Shown here: positions 35,899 to 49,852 of the stretch, piece by piece
Position numbering within the stretch: the stretch's first letter is position 1
Layout: each line of letters starts with the position of its first letter
NCBI GenBank assembly: GCA_021613535.1
Contig: CP075493.1
Coordinates: 14,198,001-14,262,000, forward strand
Reading direction: 5' to 3'
DNA from: Adineta vaga
Lineage: Eukaryota > Animalia > Rotifera
Length of the DNA: 64,000 nucleotides
Made by a program: the position numbers and the translations under genes
The notes under the pieces: model-generated
Databases searched by the model: none
What the model saw: only the letters and a program-made list of their open reading frames with translations
Told to the model about the DNA's origin: nothing

Positions 35899-36399
35899 GA
35901 TTTCATAATTATTGCCATATATAATTAGGCTATTTTCTTGTTGAGTATTAATCAATACTATATGTATAATAATCATTCAAAATCTTTCTTGGTTCAGTTG
36001 TTGTTGTTTGAGTGAGCGAACATTGATCGATTGAAAAACGCTAAAATATATGAATTATGTCAGTTAATTCAATTTAAAGTGCTACATTCACAACTGTGAT
36101 TTTATTCATCTTCATATCTGTTTAGAATATGCTATCGGCAAAAACGGATTCACTTCCTACACTTATTACTGTTGCAGAAAAATCAGCAAGAAAATATGAA
36201 TATTTAATATTTAAGATGTCGAATATGATTGAAGATTATTTAACATGTTTACTCATATTTTTTTCTCATAAAATATAGCAACACGGAGAAGTTCTAAATA
36301 ATATTAATGAACATTTTTTTGTGTGTGTATAAATTATTAAATGATCGAATTCGAACAATCTTCAAGGAATTTCAATTGACAAGACCACAAATATTTGTC

Positions 36400-36782
36400 A
36401 ATATTCTTTCGATTATTTGAGGAAAAATCAATGCTAATATACTACTATTGACTGTCCATATGACTATTTAGATATTTAATTATGAGAAGTTATAGTTATA
36501 TGTGATGATTTTATATCTATGAAACCATTGATCTATGATAAATGTAGTTGTTGATCGACGTCAGCGAAATGTACAATTCCATCAGAAGGAATGCTAACTG
36601 GCTGTTATCCACTTAAATCACTGATACAATCAACGCTGATGTGTCTCTATGATCAAGAATGTATTGATCCAATAAATACATTTGAAACAATAACAACATT
36701 AATTGATCTGTTTGATGGTGTAGTTATCATTTGCCAATTAATTGCGACGTTAATTATTGAAGGAATATGCCGTGAAAACTAA
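36400..36782 (+). pseudogene. Fragment of the Cys-containing transmembrane family also seen at 55968-58396
   Basis: GCYPLKSLIQSTLMCLYDQECI matches GCFQLESLLLSTLECSY; LIDLFDGVVIICQLI matches LIELYSGLVIICRLI. Confidence 0.55.
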
Positions 36783-37499
36783 AAAAAACATTGAACTGAT
36801 ATATATTACAGTCAAAAACTAATTATAATTGTTTTTCTTTTTATGACTAAGTTTTACTCCTAATAAAAATGTAAATTGAAAAACTAGAGTTGGATTATAT
36901 TAGGATTCATGCATGAACATTCTTTTTCTTCATCATACCAGTTTAGTTTCTCATACGATTAAGAATCGCAAAGTTCTTGTCCGTCTTTCTTAATTTATCT
37001 CTTTGGGTACAAACAAAACGTAAATTCGAAATTTCGAGTCCAGTATTTCTGACCAGCTCCTCGCTGATTTCACTTCAATTTTCTCATTAAAATTTGTTCT
37101 AATCTTGTGTGTCTGTTATTTTATAATGAGGAGCACATTTATAAGCAAGAAGCAGATTTTATCGAATAAAGTCAAGATTGTTTCTTTTCTTTAGGGAACT
37201 TATGGAATACGACGTTGAATTAGTCAATCAAAAAGGATTATAATTGGTCGCAACAAAACTAATGCGTAGATTCTGGATTTATTTTAAAAATGCGATTGAC
37301 TTAAGCTTTTAGCATAGCACATCAATTATCTTCAAGCATATGAGTTAGAGAAAAAACAAAGCAATATATTTACATCGATTATTCACTAAAATGAATTGTC
37401 ACAACGCAGCATAATTATATTTTTATAATTTGATTCATTTGTACTTCCTTTTGTACACACTTTTCTAAGAAATTCTTCATATCATCTTCTTGTTATCAT

Positions 37500-37815
37500 A
37501 TTCCATTTTTAGCCGATGTCATCATTTTGTTCGAATATGATGCTCGATGATATTCAAACAGCACAAGCTAGTGCATTTTATAGTATTGCTGGCTTTGTTT
37601 CTATCTTTTCATCCTATTGAGTAAACAATTTCGTTTTGAACTCTTTATATTGTTTAATTCCAAATTGAAAATCAATGAAGCAATTAATACCTAATAGGAA
37701 GAAACTACTTCAGTACTATTCTCTCTACAATATTTATTTAATTTATCTTCATCTGACTATGATCAAGAGAAATATGTGCTGTGCGTATTTATTCTTTTGT
37801 ATATCTTTTTAAAGT
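37500..37815 (+). pseudogene. 3' remnant of a duplicate of the 38872 GPCR
   Basis: LDDIQTAQASAFYSIAGFVS resembles IDALQSAKDNLFYNVAGLIS. GAGAAATATGTG.TGTG..TATTT is shared with the 3' UTR near 40072. Confidence 0.5.
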
Positions 37816-38871
37816 GTTGTAATATCATCTGAAATTTAAAGAAATCTTGACTATATTCTGCGATTTTTGAACTTCGTGATTAGTTCTTTGTGCAAAAAAA
37901 TCGTTTTCACATTGAATATTGAATGATCTGGATAAAGAAAGTACATTCATCCACGTTCACAAGAAGTTAAGAGCAATAAAACAAATTACCTTTTACCATG
38001 CAAAACAAACTATATTGACAACCTTTATTTATATAAATATCGGATAAAATTCTCCAGACATCTATATACTAAAGATGAAGTAGAATCTCCAGATCGATGT
38101 TAAACGCGTACCTGATAGCACCTTCCGAGATGATTAGCTGAAAGAGTGAAGCATACATATTTGAATTTCCTCTTCCTTTCTCGTTCTTCTATGTCATACG
38201 ACTATATTATAACTATTACAAGAACGACTGCTCAGGAATACAAAATTACTCTCTTAAAGTTTATTCTTTTCTCTAACTTTATTTTTAAAAGACGATGTAT
38301 AACAGAAAACAAAAGAATTCAGGACATAGTAGAAGATCTAACTAGAATTATCGAGGGACTCTACGTTCACTCTTTCTTCTTTCTCTCTTCTCTTAATACC
38401 ATTCTGAAGTGTTAAAAATATTTATCTCTTTAGCAAATTGTAAACCCTAAATAAGGAAACGATAAAAAAAATGATTGTAAAAAAACAAACTATATTGAAA
38501 ACCATTTGTTTTGAAAATCTATTTCTACAGTACCTGAAGATATACGTATAAAAATAAAGCTTCATTATATATATGCATTAACATTCATTTTTTTCATCAT
38601 AATAATGAATTTTCTCACAGAATAGTTATAAAAGAAGTTGTCGTTCTTTTCTTTACCTTTTTTATTAGTTTATCTTTTAGCTGAGTACTCTTCAATTTTT
38701 TCATTATAGTTCTTTATATCCTTTATCTTAATTAATAAAAAAATAATATACATAAAACCAAAAGTTTTTTGTTTCCCTTTTCAAATAACTTGTAAGATAG
38801 AATAAATATCAATTTTCTTTCATGTCATTTTTCTTTCCAATTCTTGCACTTAGATAACATTATTTAGCAGA

Positions 38872-40000
38872 ATGTCTTCGTCAAATACAAATATCACAGA
38901 AGCTATTATCATTCAACAAAGTATGATTATATTCGCAAGAACTTGGTGTTCTTTGATAATTGGTCTGGGTGTCATTGGTCATACATCGAGTTTGTACGTA
39001 TTTACACGTCCATTATTTCGTTCAAGTCCATGTTCATGGTATTTTTTGGCATCGACGATTAGTGGTATAAGTGTTGTAGTTATTACCATACCTTTGCGAT
39101 TATTTCAGGCTGGTTATAATATCAATATATTGGCTAATTCATTAGTAACATGCAAAGCAATTACATTATTGTTACAATGGACTAGGTAATTAGAAAATTT
39201 CTTTGTGATATATCTTAACTATATCTTTTAATATACATTGTTATAGAGCACAAAATGCATGGTTCATTGCTTTAGCTTCTGTTGATAGGTAAGTATTCTT
39301 ATAGTTTTTATTGATGAATATGAACAAGAATAAGACCAAGTATCATTATTATATCTTTTGTAGGTTTTTGTGCAGTTCAACTTCTGCAAACTTGCGTGCT
39401 CTGAGTAGTCTTCATGTTGCTCGTCGTATTATTCTTCTTGCAATATTAGTAGTTGGTATCGTTTATATTCATATACCTATCTGTTTTCAAATCAATACAC
39501 GTCAACAAACATGTATTCCAATGCCAGGCATCTATCAAACATTTTATGGAGCATGGAATTTGATTGTATATAGTGTAGGTCCACCAATTATAATGCTTTA
39601 TTTTGGTTTACGTACTGTTCAAAACATTCGTCAATCGATTAGACGCATTGGAAAAAATACCATTGCAGTTGAAAATCAGCCGCGACATCGTAAAATAACC
39701 GATCGTCAATTAATTCAAATGATGCTTGTTCAATGTCTTATATTTATTTTAACAGCAAGCCTTCCTTCTATACAATTCATTTATACATCAGTTCGATCGA
39801 ATATAATAATCGATGCTCTTCAATCAGCCAAAGATAATCTATTCTATAATGTTGCTGGCTTAATCTCTTTAACAGTTCCATGTCTAAGTTTCTATCTTTT
39901 CATCCTATCAAGTAAACTCTTTCGTTCTGAATTTATAAAACTATTCAATACTAAATGGACAAACAGACCAACAGCTGTAACCGGTCAGATTACATTATGA
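38872..40000 (+). CDS. Orphan 7TM GPCR; 3 exons
   Basis: Exons 38872-39185, 39247-39288, 39364-40000. Splicing restores IALASVDRF. DRQL and FYL..LSSKLFR motifs. Confidence 0.9.
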
Positions 40001-40286
40001 AGAAACTAATTTATGACTTTCTCTATAAAATATTTATTGAATTTATACGTCCATATATTTGAGTGAAGAATGAGAAATATGTGTTGTGGATATTTTTGTT
40101 CATTTGTATATCTTTATTGAATGTTGCCGTAATGTACAGTATTGATTATAAATAACGTTTATCGAAGATAACTCGCTTCATCCTCGATTAAATTATTTTA
40201 TTTGCAATAAAATAACCCAAAAGCATGGTTTTCCGGAAAACATAGAACCATGCACCGAGAAATATCTTCATCTTGCACAAACGAAT

Positions 40287-40409
40287 TTGAGGGGTTATCA
40301 TCAACGGTTCACCCTAAGACATGTCTGCATTTTATCAAAACAAAATCGAATGGTGCGGAGGATGTGGGTGTTGGTGACAGAAGATAAGAATATCCACATT
40401 CACACCCAA
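40287..40409. repeat. Two degenerate telomere-like hairpins
   Basis: TTGAGGGG...CACCCTAA (40287-40317) and GAGGATGTGGGTGTTGG...TCCACATTCACACCCAA (40358-40409). Confidence 0.55.
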
Positions 40410-43231
40410 GAAACATGAAAAAGAATCTAATGATAAATTCTACGCTTATACAGTTGAATTGTGAATCATTTTTTGACGCCATACTCTCAACAAGTTTCAA
40501 TTTTTTTGACATTAAATTTTTGTCGGCAAACTAATTGAGACCTCATCGAAATTCTTTAAACTGATAACTACCAAAGATAAAAATCAAATCAACAAATGAC
40601 AAATTTTTAACATGACTCAATTGGCTTTCTTTTCTGTTTTTCGATGACAATATTCAAATGATCATCCATTTTCTCTTTATTATATTTCGACTTGATGTTA
40701 TTTCGATTATAATGGTCTTGAAAATTATTCATCTAACTACCATATATTCATAAAATAATGAGGTCAGAAATGGCCAAAGAAGTTTTGGTTGGCCTTTGCG
40801 ATATAGTACGAATTTTTAATTAAAACGCACAAAGTACACAACTTAATGATACAGCAGACTCTTGGTTACCAAAGACTTTCGTTTACGATGATTGTTGTCA
40901 TGTTATTAAATATTTATGGTGCAACGCCTACATTAACGTTTCTTTGCCATTTATCGTTCACAATAGATGCATATCATTATCGAAACCATGTAGACAAATG
41001 GTATCAAGAACATCGTAAAACAATTCGATCTTCAATCAACCGAGCAATTCAATTCAGTAGATTCGACGACGAACACTATTCTCATCTTCTGTCTGTAATG
41101 CTTCATATTAGAAACTGCAAAGAACAAAATCTAAATCCTTTCGCATCGAACATACTTAGATCAGGCAATATATTCTGTTTTCAGTGTGTTCCGAAGATCG
41201 GAATCATCATCCTGGGTACGAACTTCTTTTTCGCTGTCTATATTTTAAAACTCTTGCTTTAAATAGACTTGTTCATTACCAATCATGTATTTCGATAAAA
41301 TAAGAAATAAACATAATATTTTCTAGTTTAGATATGAAATCAAAAAAACAACCTTTACCTATACTTAAGATACAGCACAATATTTTTTTGCGATAGGAAT
41401 ACTGTCAGTTTTGTTAAACTTTATTAGTTTTTCGCTATCCAAAAGCGATCAACTTAAGTCCAAGTCTTTACGATGCTCTAATCACAAATTGAGGCATATT
41501 TCTTATCTTGGAATTTAAAATTGAGTTGAGTATTGTATTCTTCATGCTATTTATATTTCTATTTAAATCCTTTTAGAGTTTATAAATTTTACCATATATA
41601 AGATTAAGATCATCTGGTATACATATAGCTCTTTGCAGACATATATTTAAAAAATGAAAATCATAAAAATGCATCATTAAAAAAATAAAAATGTAGATGC
41701 ATCGATACTAAGAGAGAGCGTGAAAGTTATATCGTGGTCGATGTGAATCTAGCACTACGAAAAAAGACTTGACTATAGTCCAAAACTGACCAATCCAAAT
41801 TTTCGAAATCACGGAATATCATTATGGAGGCCAAGAATTGGACTATAGTATCCTTCGCAACCAACCTTTTCGCGATAAAAATTTTCTCCCATTGTTCAGA
41901 AAACATTCATTCGACGCAGATTTAAATTCTCTATTCAATGATGTATAGAATGGTGTGTAGGATATACATCACTTCGAATAACTGTCATTTTGAGATTGAA
42001 TATAATAGAAGTTTCTGGAGATAAGAGGGTGTGCTGTTTAATCTGTTATATCAGAATGGAATTGGTTTGACACAGGGTTTATACGATCATATAGAATTCT
42101 GGTTTGAAATCATTCGTTTAATTGGTGATCTATCGATAAGCATGGCATGATTTATTGTTTGTTTGTTTGTTCAGCCAATTCTGAAGTAATTGATAGAAAG
42201 GTGTCGATTTGGAATATGTTTTTTAATTAATGTAATTTGATCAAGTAGCATATTGTGTTGTATGATATACGAATATATACTGAAGTTCAAATAATTGTTC
42301 AATGTGCTATTTATTCGATTTTTTTGTTAGGTGATGTGTGGAGGTGGCTTCGTAAGTTGACCAGTCATGATTTTGTTTAGTCAGCGTGGTTTTTTTCGAA
42401 GTCGTTTGCAGAGTACAGACGTCGGAAGATAATGAAAGAAGGTAATCAGATATTTTGATGAATCAGATTCACATTTGTTTTGATTTAGAGATGCAAAACA
42501 AGAACATGTTTTCGTGTCTTTTTTACTTTGTTTGAAATTAAAGTTTGAACGATAGATCAATTGACTTCTTATTGTTGTGACTTCGATAAAAAAGAATGAA
42601 AGTTATCTCCTTATAGAATAACATTTTATTGATTGTTAATTTGTTAATGAAAGTTACAAATCGGATGGGGAATACGTCGTTGAACTCTTCAATTCATTAA
42701 AGAATGTATGTGCATGATGAGTACGGAAGAAGTACAAAGTGTCAGGTCAACGTCACTATATAAAATTACATTTCATGGTTGACTTGGCTCAATCATTAAT
42801 ACATGCTGTTCATTTTCTACAAACAATTGCATATACATATCACGGTTAAGGTGTTATTTTACCACATGGACTTTCAAAAACTTATTCATCATACATTGAT
42901 GTTATGAGAAAATTGACCAGATATTTTCGTATGATTAATATATCAGATATGATATCACTATGATCTTCTCATCGATTTCATGTTGATTGGATTTTATATC
43001 AAAATTCTATTGATGGAAGGAAATATTTACAACCTCGATTTATTTCTGTTATTATGATATTCGATCGAGAAACTATTCTTCTGATCAGTTCCCTGTTATT
43101 GCTCTGTTTCAGGTGAAAAATAAACGAACAAATTACAGAAGAACTCAAGAATAAAGATGATGTAATGCATCTGCTTGTAAGTTCTTTTTTCTTAATATTT
43201 CTCGGTTTTTCGTTGTTGACACAAGTCCATT

Positions 43232-43670
43232 TTACGTACCATTTGTTAACATTCGTTCTTGAGCAGTTTTTTTCGCATATATCTCTGTTAAACTAAGAGG
43301 TTCTTGAATATCAAGATTTGTACATAATCGACGAACATTTTTTCGAATTAATTTATCAACTTTATGTTCGACAACTAATCCGTCTTTCAGGTAGAAGAGC
43401 TGGATCAATACTTTGAACATCTGAAAGATTAAGTAAAAATGTTTCTTTTGTTCGATCATGAATGATATTTTCAGCATCTTCAATAATTAGAATGTTGAAA
43501 AAGAATCAGTATGAAATCAATCAAATCATTTGTGAATTTGCATTGTATATTCGTTAATTTACATGAGCAAGACCAAGTGGAACATAAATTAAATCTTTAT
43601 CTTTGATTTCAATGATTAAATAACAATGTTTCAAGAATATCCTAAAGAACACTTGGAAATTTATCACCAT
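43232..43670 (-). pseudogene. Bacterial-type AAA ATPase remnant
   Basis: DLIYVP, IIEDAENII.DR (Walker B-like), LLNLSD, IDPALL, LSLTEIY. Walker A and central segments are deleted; frameshifts present. Confidence 0.6.
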
Positions 43671-44244
43671 ATTGAAGTTTAAGAGATGAGCTTTTGTCAT
43701 TATATATAGACTATTCATTATTAATGCTATTGAAAAATTACTTTTTTTTCAAACGTTTTCATCTGAAAGATAATTGCCTATATCAATATAAATGGTAAAC
43801 ATGAGATATGTTTCATGCTGCATATCATAGATGCATTGATAAACAAATGTATTTGTACGATGAACTTCCTTGAACAATACCTTTTTTGCTCAGTAAACGA
43901 ATACTTGACTGTCACATTAAAAAATATTCGAAAAATACAGATCAAATGATATTGCAACTAATTCGTCTTGTTGAGTTTTTCGTTTAGAAAAAAAGCAAAG
44001 TTTTGCTTCGATGGTAATGATTTTCGATCGCCTATTTGAATTGTCCAGAAATGAATACAAATCTATATTTATAAATATGCTCACCATTTGAAAACGACGT
44101 ATATATAATACATGAACATAAAATGTAGAGATATTTATCCAATTACGTACGTCACGAAAAATCTGGTAAGTACTTTCCATCGATTCATTCATCTTTTATT
44201 CAATCATTTTAAACATAAAAAGTTTCAGAAAATAAATAACGATT

Positions 44245-45820
44245 TTAATTATTCACAAAAAACTTTTGCACTCGAAAATTAAAACCATCAACAACCCAAA
44301 GATTACCTTCACAATCAAATAATATATCTTCTGGACTATATAAATGAGTCGAAACTGATCCAAATCCGTGTCCAACAACTACGTCGCCTTCACGAGACCC
44401 TTTCAAAAAGCGCATTACTCGATAATTCCCTCCATCAACTACATAGATATTACCAGAACGATCAACAAACACTCCTTTAGGGCTAGTTAACTGTGAGGAA
44501 TTGCTGCCCATTCCTTGTCCACCAGCAACAACAATACCTTCATTTGCATCTTTTGACCACTTCATCACGCGATGATTGTATGTATCTGATACATAAATTG
44601 AATATTCTTCGTCGATAAAGAAATAGTAAGGAGAATTGAACTGCGTAAAAGAATCACCTTTTTCATTTCCACCAGCAATTATTTGTGCTTCTGGTTCTCC
44701 TTTTTTCCATCGTTTCACGGCACTTGTAAAAACGTCAGACATGTACAAATATCCATCATTATCCATTGCCAGACTGTAACAGCTAGTGTGTATGATAATT
44801 GTTGGTTGATCTATCGGATCATGCAGAAGCAATCTCAAAAGACGATGATTTGCGTGATCGCAAATGATGAGAGACGAACTTGTTTTATCAACAAGCACAT
44901 CTGATGGATACTTTAATTGATTTTGGCTGGCTCCGGGTCCTTTTCCACCTGCAATAATTTCACCATTGATTGCATTCAGTTTCCATCTAGTAATACGATT
45001 ATTCATATTATCAGCAATGTAAACTGTGAAATTATCATCGATGTCAAAACCTTTTGGTTGATCAAGTTGATTTAATCCATTTCCTTGTCCATTACCTCCA
45101 GCAATAGTGACTCCATCTTGTTTCCATATAGTATTTCCATTAACTAAAATAAATATAATTGTTGCTTATATCAGATGGTATGCGGATCGACTGAGAAAGA
45201 TGAATGTTTTATATACTTCTTATTTTAGAAAATCTTACTTTCTGTTATTTTAATTGCTGTAGTAGGTGATAATTTTGTGATTGTTGTTTGCCACAGCGTT
45301 GCTGATGTATCTTTTCTCGCCACTGTTGTTAATTCTGCTGTTACTGATGTATCTTTTCTTGCCACTGTTGTTAATTCTGCTGTTACTGATGTATCTTTTC
45401 TTGCCACTGTTGTTAATTCTGCTGTTACTGATGTATCTTTTCTTGCCACTGTTGTTAATTCTGCTGTTGCTGTTATTATTTCTATTGTCGATGATCCATT
45501 TGCCCACATTGTTGTCGCTGTACTCTTTTGTCTCTTCAATAAGATGATTGTAAGAGTAGTAGTAAATGCTATGATTATCAAAATCACTGCGACCATAGCA
45601 ACTATCAGCCATGTTCGTTTTCTTCTTCGAACTTGTGCATATCTGTAAAATAGAACGTCATTTTTTGTGAGTATTGTGATTATGCAGAATGCAACATACA
45701 TTGTTGTTTGTGATGAATCATTGTCACTTGACTGTAACTGAAAGAGACAAAGAATGATGTTTTATTTGTTGTTTCCTATAAACACATTACATCGCTAGTA
45801 TTTGTCTGGTTATTCGTCAT
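44245..45820 (-). CDS. Type II membrane NHL-repeat beta-propeller protein with Thr-rich stalk; about 4 exons
   Basis: Short N-terminal exons from ATG 45820; RRRKR followed by a TM helix; T-rich stalk; then NHL repeats (IAGG.G.G...NQL..P, YVSD..NHRVMKW). Confidence 0.85.
45302..45468. repeat. Coding minisatellite, 4 x 42 bp (TAELTTVARKDTSV)
   Basis: Near-perfect tandem copies visible in DNA and protein. Confidence 0.95.
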
Positions 45821-46265
45821 TTTCGTTAGTTCAATGTTAGGATAATGCAAAATCGACAGAAAGTGATGAAAAGAAGCAAAAAATAGTTTTAATAAAAGTA
45901 GAAGCGAGATCGTTGATAAGTAAAGAAAACAGTGAGTTTTATATCCGTTTTTACGTTTTGTTTTGTAAAAACATGATAGCAGATGGTACTTATCAGCCAC
46001 TGTCAATGTAGAATGTGCTGTAGCAAAACAAAAGGTGATTAATTCTATGATGACTCGATGTTGAGCATAATATTGAAGAAAAGTAATTAATCAAAGTCAG
46101 GCCTTTTTTCTGAATGAAATATAAAGTTTGCTGTATATATGGATATGACCTCAGTGATTTCCAATAGCTTCTCGATGCACGGAGGTGACGCATTAGGAGT
46201 TTGTTCTTTCGATACAACGATATAGAGCATCGACTCTTTTGTCGCAACATCCGATTTTTAATTCA

Positions 46266-46451
46266 TTGAGGGTGTAGCACACTCTGAAGATCTAGTTTAC
46301 TGTAAATAAATCTTTACTTATAAACTCTATTATGAATTTTGAATCTACGAATATCGAGTTATCATGAACTGATGGACACTATAATTTCATATGTAAGAAC
46401 AATAATTGAGGGTGTGGGTGTGTGCTCCTTCTTCTCTCATCCACACCCTCA
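46266..46451. repeat. Telomere-like hairpins: minimal copy 46266-46287 and full copy 46406-46451
   Basis: TTGAGGGTGT-AGC-ACACTCTGA and TTGAGGGTGTGGGTGTGTG-CTCCTTCTTCTCTCAT-CCACACCCTCA. Confidence 0.75.
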
Positions 46452-47549
46452 GAAACATTTATTACGACAATAAAAATATTCTTATGAATCATTGAGAGCT
46501 TTCATACAATTCATGGATTTTTTTAAATTAAAAGCACAAATTGAAAAAATACTTTTAGTTCAATTCAATTATATAAACTGGCATTTAAAATTAGTAAAAC
46601 TTTCTTGCACTTAATGATTACATTTATGTTACTAAATATACAATATTTTTTTTATTCACTCGAATAATTATCATAAAACATCAAATCTATCTGATTAATA
46701 ACTTGGAAATTATTATTTTTTAATTAGAGATGATTTAATAAAAGAGAAGAAAACAACGAGAATTAAAGAAAAGTTTATTTTGAAAAAGGAGATCAGAATA
46801 CAATGACGAAAGTTAATCCGATGAAGGTTGAGGTTTTGATAGCTATTGTTTACGTTGATTAAATGTTCCAAGAACTTTTGTTACTACTCGAGATTTTTCT
46901 CCCATAAATTGTGATGTATCTTCAAATGCTCCTTTTAATTTTCAACCAGTTTCTATATCATCAGGAACATGAGCTACACGTAATTTAACATCTGTTACAT
47001 TCAATTGTCCAGCTTGTGGATGTCTACGTAATCGAATCTTTATAAAAGATGAAGAAAAAAAACAAGTTTGGCAAACCTTGGAACAATTTGATCAAAATGC
47101 GGATAAGGTTCGTTTGATTGTCATAAACGAAAAGTATGTGTTGATTAAAATCATTGACTGCTATATCATCTATTTATATTATTAATGAATATGTATTTTT
47201 ATATCATAAATAAAAGTTGACTTACTTGGTGTTCAAGCAATAGCTAATAATGATAATAAATAATTTTAAAATAAATGATGAATTTCTTCTTCACTTTTAA
47301 TATCTTTTAGAAATTAAAAAAAAGCTAGATGTTGGTTCTTCAACTATAATTGAGTGAATCTTAAATCAACAATTGGTAATTACAGTTAATGTTCAACTTT
47401 TTTACTCTATTTTCGAAATAGAATACAAGAAATTCCAAATAATTCATTATGGCATCAACACACATCTCTCATTGTTCTCGTCGACAGCAATGACTAAACA
47501 AAGACATATATGCATCAAGACATCATGTGTAATACTTCTCATTATTAGA

Positions 47550-48850
47550 GAGATGGAAACGTCAAATACCTGTAATACTGCTATATACGATTTAATCGAT
47601 TAATATTTCATCCTTTTTATATTCATAATCTTGATCTGAGTGTTAAATGCTCGTTGCTTGAACGAACTTCTCAATTCGATAATGAAAAGATTGGTAAATT
47701 GTGTAAAAAATTTTACCAAGAATTTCTGATCATATACATAAACTTGCTATTCCATCATGTTCAATAGAATATATTATTAATATTGATTATCCTCAACTTC
47801 ATTCTTTATCGCTTGTCAATTTTGAACCACAAAAATTATTGGAACATTTAACAGGTAATACTCACTGTTCAATTTCATCATTAGAACATTAAAATTCGTC
47901 TAGATAAATACTGATATGATATTTCATCATCGGTTTTCATCTGAATGCCTAGAAAATACAAATTTTGATCTATCACGAAATTATATATCGTCAACTTTAA
48001 CAAAATTAACTATTTATGTCATATCATTCGAGGAATATCTTTATTTTCTCGATGGACGTCTAATTAGCTCTTCTATTTTTACAGGTAAAACTTTTCAAAT
48101 TGAAACAGTTTTCATTAACATCACATCGTTTAACTCACTATTATGATTATCAAGTGGTTCCGTTACTTCTTCGAATAATAAATATAAAAAATTTAATATT
48201 ATTTCTCCATGTAATTAGAACTGATTCGGCTTATATTGATGGTACTGATTTATACAAAGATGTTCTTGCTTTTATGCCCCCAACTTCACAAATTTACTTT
48301 TAGTATTAATACTGAAGTTTTCACCTTTGATCCCGAGCTTGTGTCTCCATCAAATGATGATATTCAACAGAGCTCTATCAAAAAAGGAAATCAACGTATT
48401 GGTTTACATGTTCATAATAGAATAGAACAGATGGAGGGTAGATGCCATATTTATTCACTTCCATATCAATTCGAAACTTATCTTCTGATGACCAGTTCTT
48501 TCGAAGGTGGTGTATTTGATAAAGTTCGATCAATAACAATGATTGATGTTCATATCCCTTTGTTCGAAACATAACTTTGATTCATTCGAGAGCACAAAAG
48601 AATAAGCAACACTCATCTACATTGATCACATTTCCACATTTTGAAAAATTGGATATTACAAGTGCACATATTTATTATGCTGAACAGTTTCTCTTTGAGA
48701 AAAATGTTCGTTTGCCTTGTTTGCTGGAACTTCACATCGATTATGAAACATTAATAATAGTCTCAAACAATTTTACTAACGATTTAGCACGTTACAAATG
48801 AATTATATATTCGTCCTAAAATTTTTCATTTGTATTTTCCTTTGTTTTAA
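47550..48850 (+). pseudogene. F-box/LRR-like family pseudogene
   Basis: YPQLHSLSLVNF, CPQLHKFTFSINT, CHIYSLPYQF and FPHFEKLDI...EQFLFEKNVRLPCLLELHIDYETL...NNFT, spread across shifted frames. Confidence 0.6.
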
Positions 48851-48857
48851 ATATAGA

Positions 48858-48913
48858 TTATGGGTGGGTGTGGTTAACGATGAATGAAGAAATAGTCACC
48901 CACCCACCCTCAA
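48858..48913. repeat. Telomere-like hairpin element
   Basis: TTATGGGTGGGTGTGG-TTAACGATGAATGAAGAAATAGT-CACCCACCCACCCTCAA. Confidence 0.7.
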
Positions 48914-49111
48914 GGAAATTTGAGATTGTAGAATAGAGTATTGCTAACAGATAGCCAAACATTCAAAATTTTTTATTTGAATAAACTCACTAAAGATAAA
49001 ATATCTTTTCATACATAAAAGAAATCATTTAAAATACGTTAAAACTGTAATCGATGAATTAGATGTTCAGTCTTTCTTTTCCAGATGATGATTTTAAAGA
49101 AGAAGGAAAAT

Positions 49112-49852
49112 CTATGCAGTGTTACACATAGATAGAGAAGGGTTGAAATAGAAACCGGTACATAATTGATGATCAAGTGCACAAATGGTGTTGTTCAGAC
49201 ATTGACATTTATCTGGATTGTAGCAAGTATCATTACAAAAACGATGATTGAAGTCGCAAACCTGTCCATCAATGCATTTGAACTTATCAGAATTGTAGCA
49301 AGTCTCACCACATAATTTATGATAAAGTGGGCAGACCTTTCCACTAAGACATTTAAATTCGCTCGTTTTCTAACACATACCATTGCATAGTTGATGTTTG
49401 AACGGACAGACCTTTCCATTGAGACATTGTAATTCGTTCGGATTGTAGCATGTGCCATCACATACTGGGTGATTGAACGAACAGATCTTTCCCTTGAGAC
49501 ATCGAGATCGATCTGGATTATAGCAGGTCCCATTGCATAATTGATGATTGAACTCACATATCTTTTCATCATTGCACTTGGATACATTGGGATCATAACA
49601 ACTGCCATTGCACAATCCTTGTCGGAGTCCAAAAACCGTTCCACGAATACATTGTGATACAGTAGGATTATAGCAGGTATCATTACATAGCTGTTGGCTG
49701 AGCTCACAAACCCTTCCGTTCATGCACTTCGATTTAACAGGACTGTAGCAGACACCAGTGGTCGACTGTTGTTGTGGAAATCCACATACAGCTGTAGTAT
49801 ATGCAAAACTTAAATGAATAAGTAAGATCACAAGAGTGAAAAATGCTGCCAT
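49112..49852 (-). pseudogene. Secreted Cys-rich tandem-repeat protein (CBM52/galaxin-like) with an in-frame TAG at 49370-49372
   Basis: Signal peptide MAAFFTLVILLIHLSFA; about nine 24-aa repeats C..TCYNP...C..G.VC...QL that continue in frame beyond the TAG to a stop at 49112. Confidence 0.7.

Noticed and set aside
40846-43100. 138-aa ORF and nearby coding-looking fragments
   Set aside because: No recognisable motifs or consistent splice structure.
45250-45648. Overlapping repeat ORFs in several frames
   Set aside because: By-products of the 42-bp minisatellite; only the TM-stalk frame fits the NHL gene.
46890-47125. Minus-strand fragment KIRLRRHPQAGQLNVTDVKLRVAHVPDDIETG
   Set aside because: Looks coding but has stops and no family I can name.
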